DNA from: Gemmatimonadales bacterium
GTDB lineage: Bacteria; Gemmatimonadota; Gemmatimonadetes; Gemmatimonadales; GWC2-71-9
Direction: 5' to 3'
Assembly: GCA_035574255.1 (NCBI GenBank)
Contig: DATLYZ010000079.1
Span: forward strand, 35,390-99,389
DNA: 64,000 nt
How positions within the stretch are numbered: position 1 is the stretch's first letter; the number at the start of each line of letters is the position of its first letter. Below the pieces are notes generated by a model. It worked only from the letters and a program-made list of their open reading frames with translations, did no database searches and was not told the DNA's origin. The position numbers and the translations under genes were made by a program. Positions 26,636 through 36,021 of this stretch are shown here, piece after piece.

Positions 26636-27846
26636 CCGAGCGCCCCGGGGCCCCGCCCCGCCGCGCCGAGCAGCCGCACGGCGATCCCGCCGTGCCTGGT
26701 TCGCATCACTTCCCGGAACACCAGGCCGGAGGCGCTCGATAGGGCGTCGAGCACCGCCGCGGGGGTCGCGACCGGTGCGAGGACGGCCGAGTCCCACCCG
26801 GCGAGTGTCCGGCGGAGCGTGCGGCCGAGCGCGGCGTATGGTCGGGTCAGGCGCCGGCGATCCCCGACCCGGATCCCGTAGGGCGGATTGGTGACGAGCA
26901 GGCCGGGGCCCGGCAGCGGCGCGAGTTCGGCCACGCTCCGGCACGCGAAGGCGATATCGTCCGCCACGCCGGCGCGCTCGGCGTTGGCCCGGGCGGCGCG
27001 GATGGCGCCCGGGTCATGGTCCGAGGCGTGGATCGGGGCCGGAGCAGCCTCGAGGACTTGGCGGCGTGCCTCCGCGCGCGCGTGCTCGATGACGGCGGCA
27101 TCGCTTCCGGGCCACTGCTCGAAAGCGAAGGACCGCCGGAGGCCGGGGGCGATCCGCCGGGCCAGGAGTGCGGCCTCGATCGCGATCGTCCCGGATCCCG
27201 AGAACGGATCGACCAAGGGCCGGCGCCCGTCCCAGCCCATCGCGAGGAGCAGGGCGGCGGCGAGGGTCTCCCGGAGCGGCGCCTTGGCCGTGGCGAGCCG
27301 ATAGCCGCGGCGGTGGAGCAAGGTGCCGCTGGTGTCGGCACTCACCAGGCAGTCGTCCCGGAGAAGTCGGACCACGATCAACTGGCGATCCTCCGGGATC
27401 TCGGTGTCGTCGCCTCCGGTCCCGGCCTCGGGCGGGATGCCGGTCACGGCCTCCAGCGCCCGGCCCACCCGCTCCGCGATGGCGCGCTGGTGATAGAGCC
27501 GCGACTTGCGGCTCGTGACCCGGATCTGGACCGCCCGGCCTGGGGCGAGGAAGCGCTCCCACGGCAGGTGCGCCGCGCGGCGCTCCAGCTCGCCCAGGGC
27601 TCGGGCGTGGAAGCGGCCCACGCGGGCCAGCACGCGGCTCGCCGTTCGCAGCCAGAGATTGGCCCGGGCGAGTTCCGGCAGGCCACCTCGCCACGCCACC
27701 CCGCCGGGTTCGACTCGAAGCTCCGCCACCCCGAGCAAGCCGAGCTCCCGCGCGACGAGCGGTTCCAGGCCGGGAGCGGCCACCGCGAACAGGTCGAACC
27801 GATCGGGGTCGGCGCGGGCCGCCTCAGAAGGGCGGCTCGGCGACAT
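26632..27846 (-). CDS. THUMP-domain class I SAM-dependent RNA methyltransferase (RlmL/COG0116-like)
   Basis: N-terminal THUMP-like region, then LVDPFSGSGTIAIEA and LLVTNPPYG. Confidence 0.85.
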   Translation of the reverse strand: MSPSRPSEAARADPDRFDLFAVAAPGLEPLVARELGLLGVAELRVEPGGVAWRGGLPELARANLWLRTASRVLARVGRFHARALGELERRAAHLPWERFLAPGRAVQIRVTSRKSRLYHQRAIAERVGRALEAVTGIPPEAGTGGDDTEIPEDRQLIVVRLLRDDCLVSADTSGTLLHRRGYRLATAKAPLRETLAAALLLAMGWDGRRPLVDPFSGSGTIAIEAALLARRIAPGLRRSFAFEQWPGSDAAVIEHARAEARRQVLEAAPAPIHASDHDPGAIRAARANAERAGVADDIAFACRSVAELAPLPGPGLLVTNPPYGIRVGDRRRLTRPYAALGRTLRRTLAGWDSAVLAPVATPAAVLDALSSASGLVFREVMRTRHGGIAVRLLGAAGRGPGALG

Positions 27847-29125
27847 GCCCGGGATCGTCGAGCAGGATGGCGCTCACCACCGCTCCGGCCGGTGTCTCGA
27901 ACTGCCCCTCGGGGATAACGAGCAGCGCGTTGGCCTTCGCCATGGAGGTGAGAATGCCCGACCCCTGCGGGCCGGTGAGCCGGGCGCTGGGGAGCGAAGT
28001 GGCGTCGGGGCCGCTGGCAGGTGTCACGACGGCCCTCAGGAAGTGCTCGAGGCGCGGGCCCACCTTGATCGGCTCCGCCAGGCGCACCGGCACGGCCCGG
28101 CGGAAGGGCAGGGCCCGGCCGGTCATCTTGCGGATGGCGGGCCGGACGAAAAGCTCGAAGGTGACCATGGTGCTCACCGGGTTCCCCGGGAGCCCGATCC
28201 AGGGGACCTCACCCAGCAGGCCGAAGCCCACCGGGGCACCGGGCCGCATGCGGAGCTTCCAGAATCGGAGCTCGGCGCCCACGTCCGCGAGCACCTCGCG
28301 GAGATAGTCGTGCTCGCCCACGCTGATGCCGGCGGTGGTGACCAGGAGATCGCACTCCCGGGCCCGGGCGAGATGCGCCCGGACGCTGTCCGGGGTGTCG
28401 CGGGCGATCCCTAGATTCACCGGCTCCCCCCCGGCGCGCCGGATGCTCGCCAGGAGCGTGTGCGTGTTCGAGCTCGCGATCTTCCGGCCGCTCAGGATCT
28501 CGTCCGGCTGGTCCACGTCCACGATCTCGTCGCCGCTCGCCAGAATCGCGACCCGGGGCCGGCGATGGATGACCGGGTGGGAAATGGCGAGCGAGGCCAG
28601 GACGCCGAGCTGGGCGGGTCCCAGCTCCGTCCCGGCCGGGAGAACGACGCTGCCCTTCCGGATGTCCTCGCCGGCCTGACGGATGTTGATGCCCGCGTCG
28701 CGGTCCTTGAGGATCGTGACGACTTCGGCCCCTCCGTCGGTGTCCTCCTGTCGGATGACGCTGTCGGCGCCTTCGGGGAGCGGGGCGCCGGTGAAGATCC
28801 GGGCGCAGGTTCCGGGCTCGATCCTGCGGCTGGGAAACCGCCCGGCCGGAATCGCCTCGATCACGGTGAGCCGGACCGGGGTGGCTTCGCTCGCGCCCCG
28901 GACATCGCTGGCCCGGGCGGCGTACCCGTCCATGGCGGAATTGGTCCAGGGCGGGACGTCGAGCGGGCTCACGACGTCGTCCGCGAGCACGCCGTCCAGG
29001 GCCTCGTCCAGCGGGACCCGGAGGGGGGGCTGGGGCCGGACCGCGGCGAGGATCTGGAGCGCGGCGTCGCGCGGGGTGAGGGGCCCGATCCCGCTCGCCG
29101 CTCGCCGTTCGTGGCCCCCGGTCAT
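27824..29125 (-). CDS. moeA: molybdopterin molybdenumtransferase
   Basis: PPWTNSAMDGYA...SGDE...TTAGISVGEHDY...PGNPVS. The ATG at 29125 overlaps the mobB stop (ATGA). Confidence 0.9.
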   Translation of the reverse strand: MTGGHERRAASGIGPLTPRDAALQILAAVRPQPPLRVPLDEALDGVLADDVVSPLDVPPWTNSAMDGYAARASDVRGASEATPVRLTVIEAIPAGRFPSRRIEPGTCARIFTGAPLPEGADSVIRQEDTDGGAEVVTILKDRDAGINIRQAGEDIRKGSVVLPAGTELGPAQLGVLASLAISHPVIHRRPRVAILASGDEIVDVDQPDEILSGRKIASSNTHTLLASIRRAGGEPVNLGIARDTPDSVRAHLARARECDLLVTTAGISVGEHDYLREVLADVGAELRFWKLRMRPGAPVGFGLLGEVPWIGLPGNPVSTMVTFELFVRPAIRKMTGRALPFRRAVPVRLAEPIKVGPRLEHFLRAVVTPASGPDATSLPSARLTGPQGSGILTSMAKANALLVIPEGQFETPAGAVVSAILLDDPGHVAEPPF

Positions 29126-29649
29126 AGCACCATCGCGTGCTCCCACGCGATGTTGGCCAGGAGCTGGAGCCACATGGTGTCGCGGAAATGGAGGACCGGG
29201 CAAGGAGCGCGGTACTGATCGTCGTCGGTGACGATGGCGATCCACTCTGCCGCGTTCGGGGCGCGCGAGTCGTACAGGGGCGCGGGCCCCACTTCCTTCC
29301 GGAACACCTCGATCTTGGGAAGGGGAAACCGCTTGAATCCCTCGACCAGCACCAGGTCGGCCCCCTCGAAGTAACGACGTGCGAGCGCGACGGGATCGGT
29401 ATCGTCGGGGCTCCGCTCGAACACCGCCCGAAGCCCCGGCGAGGCGAGCAGCACCCGCTCGGCTTTCCCTTCGTGAAAGTGGCGGTAGCTGTCGGTGCCG
29501 GCGCGGTCGAGGTCGGCGGGGTGGGTGGCGTGCTTCATGGTCATCACCCGCCGGCCGCGCCGCACGAATTCCGCGGCCAGCGCCACCGTGAGGGTGGTCT
29601 TCCCCGCGTTCTTCAGCCCGATAATCGAGACGATGCGTGTTGCCGCCAC
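29122..29649 (-). CDS. mobB: molybdopterin-guanine dinucleotide biosynthesis adaptor MobB
   Basis: Walker A IIGLKNAGKTTL, and ...LVLVEGFK. Confidence 0.9.
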   Translation of the reverse strand: MAATRIVSIIGLKNAGKTTLTVALAAEFVRRGRRVMTMKHATHPADLDRAGTDSYRHFHEGKAERVLLASPGLRAVFERSPDDTDPVALARRYFEGADLVLVEGFKRFPLPKIEVFRKEVGPAPLYDSRAPNAAEWIAIVTDDDQYRAPCPVLHFRDTMWLQLLANIAWEHAMVL

Positions 29650-30239
29650 AGGGCCTCGGCCTCGGCGAGCTCGCCGGCGGTGTTCACGTTGAAGAAGAGG
29701 AATTCCGGATCGCCGAATCGGCTGACCTGCTCACCGGGGAGGATACCGACATTGATGGCGTGATGGAAGCCGATGGCGCGCAGGTCGCCGGCCGCGAGCG
29801 CCGTCTCGATCGCCGGCACCGCCGCGGGCCCGTAGGCCGCGCAGAGGGGTTCCAGGCCGCGCCGGCTACCGCTTTCGGGGAGGCAGGCATCCCAGCGTTC
29901 CAGACCCTGGGCCAGGGCGCGGAGCAGGCCCGCCGGGACGAACGGCATGTCCCAGGCGACCAGCACCACGGGAGCAGGGGCCGCAACACAGGCCGTGTAA
30001 ATGCCCCCGAGCGAGCCCAGGCCGGGCCGGAGGTCTGCGACCGTGCGGAGACCAGGGTGCCACTGGGCGGCGTCCGGGGCATTGGCGACCAGGAGGGGAG
30101 GCTCACCAAAGGCCTGCTCGAACGAGGCGACCAGCCGGTCGAGGATCCGCATCCCGCCCACGGTCTCCAGGCCCTTGGGGCGGCCCTGGAACCGGGTGGC
30201 GGCACCACCGGCGAGGATCGCGCCGCGGACGCTCGTCAG
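29613..30239 (-). CDS. mobA: molybdenum cofactor guanylyltransferase MobA (start codon unresolved)
   Basis: GAILAGGAATRFQGRPKGL...LVAWDMPFV. There is no ATG/GTG/TTG between the upstream stop and the GAILAGG motif. The only candidate is the CTG at 30239, which overlaps the upstream TGA. Confidence 0.75.
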   Translation of the reverse strand: MTSVRGAILAGGAATRFQGRPKGLETVGGMRILDRLVASFEQAFGEPPLLVANAPDAAQWHPGLRTVADLRPGLGSLGGIYTACVAAPAPVVLVAWDMPFVPAGLLRALAQGLERWDACLPESGSRRGLEPLCAAYGPAAVPAIETALAAGDLRAIGFHHAINVGILPGEQVSRFGDPEFLFFNVNTAGELAEAEALWRQHASSRLSG

Positions 30240-31048
30240 TACCGCCTCCCCCGCTTTCGCTCCAGCACCACGTCGAACCCGACCGAAAAGCTGAGCAGGT
30301 GTTTCCCGACGGTCGTGCGCCTCGGCTCGAGATTCTGGCGGATGGTGGGTCCTCTTACCGCGGGGACCCGCACGTAGTTGTCCCGCAGCTCGAACCGCAT
30401 CTGGTAACCCCGGGCGATCACGGCGACGATCCCCCCGCCCAGGCCGAGGTACGGGTGCAGCTTGTCGGCACCGGGGTCGTCGTAGAGCGTGAGGTCGGCG
30501 ACCACGGTCGGGTTGTTGGTGTCGGGGACCACTTCGCCGGTCATCTTGAGAAAACTCTGCTGCGTGATGACCATCCCGCCCTGGGCGGTCAGGTAGGGGT
30601 GGACGACATGCCGGCTCCATGCCCGGGCGACCACCCCCACCGAGATCGCGGCGCCGGTCGCCCCGCGTTCCGAGCGGTTGAGGGACCCGCACAGATCCGA
30701 GGTTTCGCGGCTGGGCCCCGCGGCCACGATGCGGCAGGCGTCCCGGGTGCCCAGCCCGATCAGCATCGCCTCGGCCCGGAAGCCCAGGTTCGGGCCGGGA
30801 AAGTAGGTGCCGGAGAAGACCACGTTGAGGCTCCGCCGGAACTGCCGGGAGACGGCCAGGGTATCGGTCTCGCCGTTGGTGAGGAACGGCTGGTTGCCCA
30901 CGCTCCAGAGCGTGCCGCCGCCCGAGTTCATGCCCAGGCCTACGGTGAACATGAGGCGAGCCTGGTCGGCGGTCGCCTGCCCGGCGAGGGGGGGGGGGAC
31001 CGCGCCAGCGGCGAGAGCGAGGATGAAGAGCGGCGACGGTGCGCGCAT
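30236..31048 (-). CDS. hypothetical secreted protein, possibly an outer-membrane beta-barrel
   Basis: ATG at 31048 (TGATG overlap with the upstream stop). Signal peptide MRAPSPLFILALAAGAVPPPLAGQ. Gly/aromatic-rich alternating pattern, ending ...RRY. Confidence 0.6.
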   Translation of the reverse strand: MRAPSPLFILALAAGAVPPPLAGQATADQARLMFTVGLGMNSGGGTLWSVGNQPFLTNGETDTLAVSRQFRRSLNVVFSGTYFPGPNLGFRAEAMLIGLGTRDACRIVAAGPSRETSDLCGSLNRSERGATGAAISVGVVARAWSRHVVHPYLTAQGGMVITQQSFLKMTGEVVPDTNNPTVVADLTLYDDPGADKLHPYLGLGGGIVAVIARGYQMRFELRDNYVRVPAVRGPTIRQNLEPRRTTVGKHLLSFSVGFDVVLERKRGRRY

Positions 31049-31461
31049 CAAGGCCCCCCGAGCGAGCGGTGATCCACCATCAGGCAGCGGTCCATGACGA
31101 CCGGGATGCCGGCGGCCTCGAGCCGCGCCGCCGTTGCAGGGTCGCGCACGCCCACCTGCAGCCACACCAGCCGGGGCCGGAGCGCGAGAAGGTCGTCGGC
31201 CAGTTCGGCGACGGCCTCGGATCGTCTGAAGATGTTGACGATATCGATCGGTCCGGCTGCACCGGCCGCCGCGAGGCTGGGGTAAACCCGCTCGCCCAGA
31301 ATCCGCTGCCCGTCGGGCCGGACGGGGACGACACGGTAGCCCGCGGCTTGAAGATAGGCGGCCACCTGGTGACTCGGCCGCTCGGGCCGCGGGCTCACGC
31401 CCACCACGGCGATCGTCCGGGCCTGCCGGAGGATCGCCGCCAGCTCCGCCGCGGACGGCAT
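31048..31461 (-). CDS. CoA-binding domain protein (YccU-like)
   Basis: ARTIAVVGVSPRPERPSHQVAAYLQAAGYRVVPVRP...IDIVNIFR. Confidence 0.85.
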   Translation of the reverse strand: MPSAAELAAILRQARTIAVVGVSPRPERPSHQVAAYLQAAGYRVVPVRPDGQRILGERVYPSLAAAGAAGPIDIVNIFRRSEAVAELADDLLALRPRLVWLQVGVRDPATAARLEAAGIPVVMDRCLMVDHRSLGGP

Positions 31462-31469
31462 CGGTGGGA

Positions 31470-32180
31470 TCAGACGGCGCCGTGGCGCTGCGGGGTTCCG
31501 CTCACCGCGCGGCCCACGAGGACCATGCCGCTCCGCCGCGCGATCTCCACCGCGAGCGTCGAGGGCACGGAGGGGGTGGCGACGAACACGATCCCCGCCC
31601 GTGCCGCCTTGTAGGCGAGCTCCGCGGAGATGCGCCCGGTGACGAGGAGTCCGAGCCCGGCGAGCCGCCGGCCCGCCAGCACCGCGGCCCCGATCACCTT
31701 GTCCACCGCATTGTGCCGCCCGATATCCTCGGCGTGGTGGAGCAGCGTCTCGCCGTCGGTGAGTGCCGCGGCGTGGATCCCGCCCGTTTCCTTGTAGCGG
31801 TCCCCCTGGCCGAACATGGCCTTGAAGAGCGCCCGGAGCTGCTCCGGCGCGGGGGGCTCCCCTCGCCGGGGCTGGACGGCCACCGCGGCGGGATCGGCGA
31901 GAAACGTGGAGACGGCGCCGCAGCCCGAGGCCAGCACCGGCCGCCGCTGCTCCTCCGCCACCTTGGCTACCCGCTCGGGCGGGACCTCGGCCCAGAATCC
32001 GAGGTCGGTGGCACAGGGACGGAGCCGGACCTCCTCCCGCCCGTCAATGAAGCCTTCGCTGTGGAGCCACCCGATCGCCAGCTCCTCGAGCTGATCCGGG
32101 GTGCACATCCAGGTCACCGCCGGCCGCCCGTTCACCTCCAGCCAGACCGCGACCTCCTCGACGGCCGCATGCTCGGACAT
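31470..32180 (-). CDS. fdhD: formate dehydrogenase accessory sulfurtransferase FdhD
   Basis: GGIHAAAL...EDIGRHNAVDKVIGA...LLVTGRISAELAYKAARAGI. ATG at 32180 within ORF 31470..32375. Confidence 0.9.
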   Translation of the reverse strand: MSEHAAVEEVAVWLEVNGRPAVTWMCTPDQLEELAIGWLHSEGFIDGREEVRLRPCATDLGFWAEVPPERVAKVAEEQRRPVLASGCGAVSTFLADPAAVAVQPRRGEPPAPEQLRALFKAMFGQGDRYKETGGIHAAALTDGETLLHHAEDIGRHNAVDKVIGAAVLAGRRLAGLGLLVTGRISAELAYKAARAGIVFVATPSVPSTLAVEIARRSGMVLVGRAVSGTPQRHGAV

Positions 32181-32211
32181 CCGGCCGCCGCGCTTGGCGG
32201 GCTGGGTCAGG

Positions 32212-32634
32212 TCAGTCGAGTCCGGTGCATTCCGCATACAGCGTAGGGTCCTCCTCGACCCGCACCCGCTCCAGGCGCACCCCGGCGGGGAGCCGCGGCG
32301 CCACCCGGGCGTAGAGATACCCGGCCAGCTCCTCGCACGTGGGAATGGCGCCGCCGTAGGAAAAGTAGGCGACATCCCGGTTCAGATGCCGGCCGTCGAG
32401 CGGCCGGACGATCTCCTCCTCCAGAATCCGGTCGAGCAGGCCCAGGTCCATGATCATCCCGGTATCGCGGCTCAGGGAACCGGTGACGGTCACGGCGCAC
32501 CGGTACTCGTGGACATGGCCGGGGGCGTCCGCGGCCGCGCCGAAGGCGGCCCGGTTCTCCTCCGGCGACCAGTCCGGACGCCAGTAGTGGTGCTCGGCGC
32601 GGAACTGCACCACGCGAGTGAGCGAGCGGGCCAT
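32212..32634 (-). CDS. queD: 6-carboxytetrahydropterin synthase / 6-pyruvoyl-tetrahydropterin synthase family
   Basis: FRAEHHY...HVHEYRCAVTVTG...GMIMDLG...PTCEELA. Confidence 0.9.
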   Translation of the reverse strand: MARSLTRVVQFRAEHHYWRPDWSPEENRAAFGAAADAPGHVHEYRCAVTVTGSLSRDTGMIMDLGLLDRILEEEIVRPLDGRHLNRDVAYFSYGGAIPTCEELAGYLYARVAPRLPAGVRLERVRVEEDPTLYAECTGLD

Positions 32635-32670
32635 GGATTCCGGTTCCGTACCCCCCGACCCCCGTCCCGC

Positions 32671-33375
32671 CTAGAAGGTGAACCCCAGGCCGATCCGCAG
32701 CTCTCGGCCGCCGGTCCACTGGTCTCGTTTCCCGTCCTGGATCACGGCGTTCGAGTCCTGGGGCGGGTTGCTGCCCGGCTGGTCGGCCGGCTCGTCGAGG
32801 TACGATGAAGGGTAATGGAGCTTCCAGAACAGTTGCCTGGCCTCGGCCCGGAGATGGAGCCGGTCGGTGACGAAGAACCGGACCCCGACACCGGGCGCCA
32901 GGTAGAACTTGGAGCCGAACTTGTAGCCGCTGGTGTCGGCCGGGGTCTCCGTGGCGGAGGCGTAGCCCGCCGCGCCGGTGAGGTACGGCGCCAGCCGGTG
33001 CCAGGTCTTCCGGCCGGTGAGGTTGAGCTGGAGCGCCAGCTCGATCATCGTGAGTTCTTGGTCCACGGGGCCCTTCACCCGCGTGGCGACGCTGTCGTCG
33101 GCGTCCACGATCAGGCGTTCCAGGTTGGCCTGCGCGAAACTCACCCCGAGCTGGAGCGGCGCGGAGATTCGAATATCGAAGCGGGCCCCGTAGGCGGGCC
33201 CGTTGTGCGGGCCGATGCCGAGCTTGCCTCCGTCGCCGCCGATGTCGCCGTAGAGGAGGGTGACCGACTTGCCGAAGCGGATGTCGCGATAGGGGGACGC
33301 GCCCGGCGGATGGCCCACCTGGGCGGCGAGAGGCTGAGCGGCGAGCAGGACGGCGGCGAGGCAGGGGAGGCGCAT
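32671..33375 (-). CDS. outer-membrane beta-barrel protein (OmpA-like barrel / porin family 3 style)
   Basis: Signal peptide MRLPCLAAVLLAAQPLAAQ, alternating strands, C-terminal LRIGLGFTF. Confidence 0.7.
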   Translation of the reverse strand: MRLPCLAAVLLAAQPLAAQVGHPPGASPYRDIRFGKSVTLLYGDIGGDGGKLGIGPHNGPAYGARFDIRISAPLQLGVSFAQANLERLIVDADDSVATRVKGPVDQELTMIELALQLNLTGRKTWHRLAPYLTGAAGYASATETPADTSGYKFGSKFYLAPGVGVRFFVTDRLHLRAEARQLFWKLHYPSSYLDEPADQPGSNPPQDSNAVIQDGKRDQWTGGRELRIGLGFTF

Positions 33376-33458
33376 GCGGGCAATCTACCAGGCTGTCGAG
33401 TCGGTGGCGGCTGGTGGGCGAGTGGTCACCGGGGGGCCACCCCGCGAGCCGCGGCGCG

Positions 33459-35006
33459 TCACCCTCTCAAGTCCCGCCCCGTCATCTCCGGCGGCGGTTC
33501 GATGCCGAGGAGACGCAGGACGGTAGGGCCCACGTCACAGAGAGCGCCCGGCCGGAGGGGGCCGTCGCAGCCACGGGCGGCGACGAAGGGGACCGGGTTG
33601 GTGGTGTGGGCGGTGTGAGGCCCGCCGGTCTCGGGGTCGATCATGAGTTCGCAGTTGCCGTGGTCGGCGGTGATGAGCACGGCGGCGTCGGCCGCCTCCG
33701 CCGCCTGCATGATGCGGCCCAGGCACCGATCCACCGTTTCCACCGCCCGGATCACGGCCGGCAGGACGCCGGTGTGTCCCACCATGTCGGCGTTGGCGAA
33801 GTTGCAGAGCAGGAAGTCGTGCTGCCGGGCGCCGATCGCCCGGACCACCACATCGGTGACCCCGGGCGCGCTCATTTCGGGGGCCAAGTCGTAGGTGGCC
33901 ACTTTCTGGGACGGCACCAGCTGGCGTTCCTCGCCCCGGTAGGGCGGTTCGTAGCCGCCGTTGAAGAAGTAGGTGACGTGCGGGTACTTCTCGGTTTCGG
34001 CGGCCCGGAGCTGGGTCTTGCCGTGCTCCGCGAGGACTTCGGCCACGATGCGCGTCAGGCTGAACGGCGGGAACGCGGGGGGGACCGGGAAGGTGCGGTC
34101 GTACTGGGTCATGGTCACGACCTGGAGCCGGGGTCGGTCCTTCACGTCGAAGGCGTCGAACCCCTCGACCACGAGGGCCCGCACGATCTGGCGCATGCGG
34201 TCGCTCCGGTAGTTGAAACAGAGCACCCCGTCGCCGTCCCGGAGGGTGGCGACGGGGCGTTCCCCGTGTCGGATCACGATCGGTTTGACGAACTCGTCGG
34301 TCTCCCCCCGCGCCAGGGCCGCCCGCACCCCCTCGAGCGCGCTCGGGGCGGGAACGCCCACGCCGCGGACCATGGCCTCGTACGCCTGCCGGGTCCGGTC
34401 CCAGCGCCGGTCCCGGTCCATGGCGTAGTAGCGGCCCATGAGGGTGGCGATGGCGGCTCGGCCCGGCGCGATCCGGCGGAGATCTTCTTCGAGCCGGGCC
34501 ACCACCTGGTCGCCGATGGCGGGCAGGGTGTCGCGCCCGTCGAGGAAGCCGTGGATCGCGATGCGGGGGACGTCGTGCCTGACACCGAGCTCGACGCACG
34601 CCAGGAGGTGCCGGTCCAGCGCATGGACGCCGCCCGGCCCGAGCAGCCCCAGGAGGTGCAGCGTGCCGCCGGTGGCGCGAACCCGCGCGCACAGCTCGAC
34701 GAGCGGGGGCAACTGGAAGAACTCGCCGCTCGCGATGCTCTGGGAGATGCGAACCAGATCCTGAGGTACCACCCGCCCCGCGCCCAAGTTCAGGTGGCCG
34801 ACCTCGCTGTTGCCCATCTGTCCCTCGGGGAGGCCCACCGCCAGCCCGCTCGCGGCGAGCAGCGTCCGGGGCCGGCTCGACCAGAGGCCGTGCCAGACCG
34901 GGGTGCTGCCCAACTCGATGGCGTTGCCCTCGCGGGCCTCGCGGTAGCCCCACCCATCCAGCACCACCAGCACCACGGGCCCACCCGGGCGGCGCGTGTT
35001 TGACAT
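33459..35006 (-). CDS. gpmI: 2,3-bisphosphoglycerate-independent phosphoglycerate mutase
   Basis: VVLVVLDGWG...MGNSEVGHLNLGAGR...ITADHGN. Confidence 0.95.
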   Translation of the reverse strand: MSNTRRPGGPVVLVVLDGWGYREAREGNAIELGSTPVWHGLWSSRPRTLLAASGLAVGLPEGQMGNSEVGHLNLGAGRVVPQDLVRISQSIASGEFFQLPPLVELCARVRATGGTLHLLGLLGPGGVHALDRHLLACVELGVRHDVPRIAIHGFLDGRDTLPAIGDQVVARLEEDLRRIAPGRAAIATLMGRYYAMDRDRRWDRTRQAYEAMVRGVGVPAPSALEGVRAALARGETDEFVKPIVIRHGERPVATLRDGDGVLCFNYRSDRMRQIVRALVVEGFDAFDVKDRPRLQVVTMTQYDRTFPVPPAFPPFSLTRIVAEVLAEHGKTQLRAAETEKYPHVTYFFNGGYEPPYRGEERQLVPSQKVATYDLAPEMSAPGVTDVVVRAIGARQHDFLLCNFANADMVGHTGVLPAVIRAVETVDRCLGRIMQAAEAADAAVLITADHGNCELMIDPETGGPHTAHTTNPVPFVAARGCDGPLRPGALCDVGPTVLRLLGIEPPPEMTGRDLRG

Positions 35007-35029
35007 GGCACTCCGGCGTTTCTACAATC

Positions 35030-36019
35030 GTGACCGTGCGGGACGCGCCAGAATCTAGTCCGGCCTTGCGCCGCCTACCAGCCTTGCTCCTGTGGTGCGG
35101 GACGCTCTGGGGCGTTCCGCTTGTCGCACAGGCGGTGGTTCGCCTCCCGAACGACACCCGGGTCTACAAGATGCCCGGTGCCGCCCCGCTCGGCACTCTG
35201 CTCGCCGGCGCCCCGGTGACGCCCGGACGGCGCCAGGGCGGCGCGGTCGAGATCGGCCTCGAAGGGTGGATCGTCACCGGATCGCTCGGCGCCTTCGATC
35301 GCGACGGCTTCGACGCGGTGATCACCCGGCGCCCGCAGGAGAACCTCCGGGACGCTCCCAACGGGACGGTGATCGGCCGGTTCTCCGCCGGCGCGGGCTT
35401 CACGCGGGTGGGGGCCCAGGGCGGATGGACCCGGGTCCGCCGGAACGCCTGGGTGCCCGAGCGGTCGCTCCCCGCGGCCCCCGAGAGGGGCGACGCCGTT
35501 GCGACCACCGGGTCACTCGAGCTGGTCCGGCCCACCCCGCTGGCGCTGGTGCCTGGGGGCGCCGCCATCGGGACCCTCGACTCCGGCGCCCCGGCCCGGA
35601 CCGTGGTGCGGTCCGGGGGCTGGACGCGCGTGCAGCTCGAGGCCTGGGTGCCTGACAGCGTGACCCGGCCCGCCGCCGACGCGGTGCTCCGTGGGGTCAC
35701 GGCCGCGGAGATCCGGGCCGAGCCCGGGCGCTATCTGGGCAAGGTGCTGGAGTGGCGCCTGCAGTTCGTGGCGCTGCAAAAGGCCGACGAGCTCCGGCCC
35801 GAGATCCCGCCGGGCCGCGACTACCTGCTCGCGCGAGGCCCGCTCCCCGAACCGGGCTTCGTCTACGTGGTGCTCGACCCCTCCCAGGTGCGGCGCTTCG
35901 AAGGCCTACCGCCCTTGAAAGAGGTCGTGCTCCGGGGCACGCTGCGCGCGGCCACCACCAAGTACCTGCCCACGCCCGTGCTGGATCTCGTCGCGGTCGT
36001 GGAAGGGTTGGAGTCGTAG
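35030..36019 (+). CDS. secreted protein with three SH3b-like repeats
   Basis: Repeats of the type GW.RV....AWVP. GTG starts at 35030 or 35036 are preferred, because the track start at 35000 would overlap the divergent gpmI start. Confidence 0.6.
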   Translation: MTVRDAPESSPALRRLPALLLWCGTLWGVPLVAQAVVRLPNDTRVYKMPGAAPLGTLLAGAPVTPGRRQGGAVEIGLEGWIVTGSLGAFDRDGFDAVITRRPQENLRDAPNGTVIGRFSAGAGFTRVGAQGGWTRVRRNAWVPERSLPAAPERGDAVATTGSLELVRPTPLALVPGGAAIGTLDSGAPARTVVRSGGWTRVQLEAWVPDSVTRPAADAVLRGVTAAEIRAEPGRYLGKVLEWRLQFVALQKADELRPEIPPGRDYLLARGPLPEPGFVYVVLDPSQVRRFEGLPPLKEVVLRGTLRAATTKYLPTPVLDLVAVVEGLES

Positions 36020-36021
36020 CG

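Noticed and set aside
32635-32670. preQ1 riboswitch in front of queD.
   Set aside because: The 36 nt gap is GC-rich (GCGGGACGGGGGUCGGGGGGUACGGAACCGGAAUCC). It lacks the CCC...AAAAAACUA signature.
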